A stretch of 64,000 bases of DNA, taken from positions 434,001 to 498,000 of the forward strand of contig NW_020843644.1 of the NCBI RefSeq assembly GCF_003704095.1, given 5' to 3'. The notes under the pieces are model-generated. The model saw only the letters and a program-made list of their open reading frames with translations. It did no database searches and was not told the DNA's origin. Below are positions 63,125-64,000 of this stretch, piece by piece. Position numbers and translations under genes: made by a program. Origin of the DNA: Pocillopora damicornis. Taxonomy: Eukaryota. Position 1 is the stretch's first letter. Every line of letters starts with the position of its first letter.

Positions 63125-64000
63125 CTATTAAGGGAAACATAATATTTTTCGTTAAAAAGATAAAAAAAGAAGATGAAAACCGTCAAAGTCTTATGAGCCA
63201 TGTAAATTATCATGTGTTTTCTACATGCATGGTTGCGGGTATCTACAGAATCGAAGTAGAATGGAAAAGGATAACAAAAATCTGGAGTATATGACTCGTT
63301 CCAAATATCCTTTAAATTGCTGCAATTAAAACAAAGAAAGATTCGCAATAAATCGACTCCAGCGGCCTTGACTTCACTCGCAAAGACGCTGATCTTAAAC
63401 GGAAAAAACTTAGCTTTAAACGGCTAAGAAACTTAGCTTTGTCTGGCATACTTTCTTGTTAAAACTCAGTTGTCACTGCCGAGTTTGTAACCACGACGCA
63501 CCACTTCCTACCTAAGACCCCATGTCCACGACCCACGGTAATTTGAGTTACTCCTTTCTCCCGGACAAGGAGTTGAGTCCCAACCACTGTAACACCGTAT
63601 CTCCCACAAATATCAAAGAGCTCTTCAAATTGCATAGTTCACGTACTTTTGACAAGTTTTCTCGAAGTTTTCACAAAAAAAAACACATAACCCCATCAGT
63701 TCTGTTTCGTCTTCCCTCTGTTCAAAGTGTTAAATCAGAATTGAAAGCTGAGGAAATGAGCCATTTCGGAAGATAAAGCGATCTCCTTTCTCAAAACAAA
63801 AAAAAACAATAAATTCTCCCAACCGTCTGCCATTCGTTTCTCACAATTTTAGATCGGGGTATTTGGTGCTAAACCAAACATTGCTGTTTTATATATTTTT
63901 TTCATTTTTCATTACCTTTCTGCTAAAGAATGCAATAGAAGGCAAACCGTAAACTAAAGATAGGAATACCTCTTATAACACAGAGAGTGAATCCAGGCGA

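Overview
Eukaryotic, intron-rich animal genomic DNA. Gene content and the dense MITE/SINE families point to a scleractinian coral, probably Pocillopora-like (inference). In order: the 3' end of a class A GPCR; about 13.5 kb of repeat-rich intergenic DNA; a paralogous GPCR with a single coding exon; ZMPSTE24 (9 exons, -) head-to-head with a kinesin-14 (5 exons, +); a 21-exon receptor guanylyl cyclase (-); a 145-aa orphan ORF; intronless ERCC8/CSA (-) head-to-head with 15-exon CTU1 (+); and the last three exons of a URB1-like gene (-). Exon boundaries were traced by eye using GT-AG sites and phase consistency. No single clearly new system is proven. The best leads are: a receptor cyclase with substitutions in near-invariant catalytic motifs; a kinesin-14 tail with a CUE/UBA-like domain; two candidate in-frame microexons born by tandem duplication in a ZMPSTE24 intron; an orphan ORF with a PAR-bZIP-like activation motif near D-boxes; and decayed Penelope-type hammerhead ribozymes.
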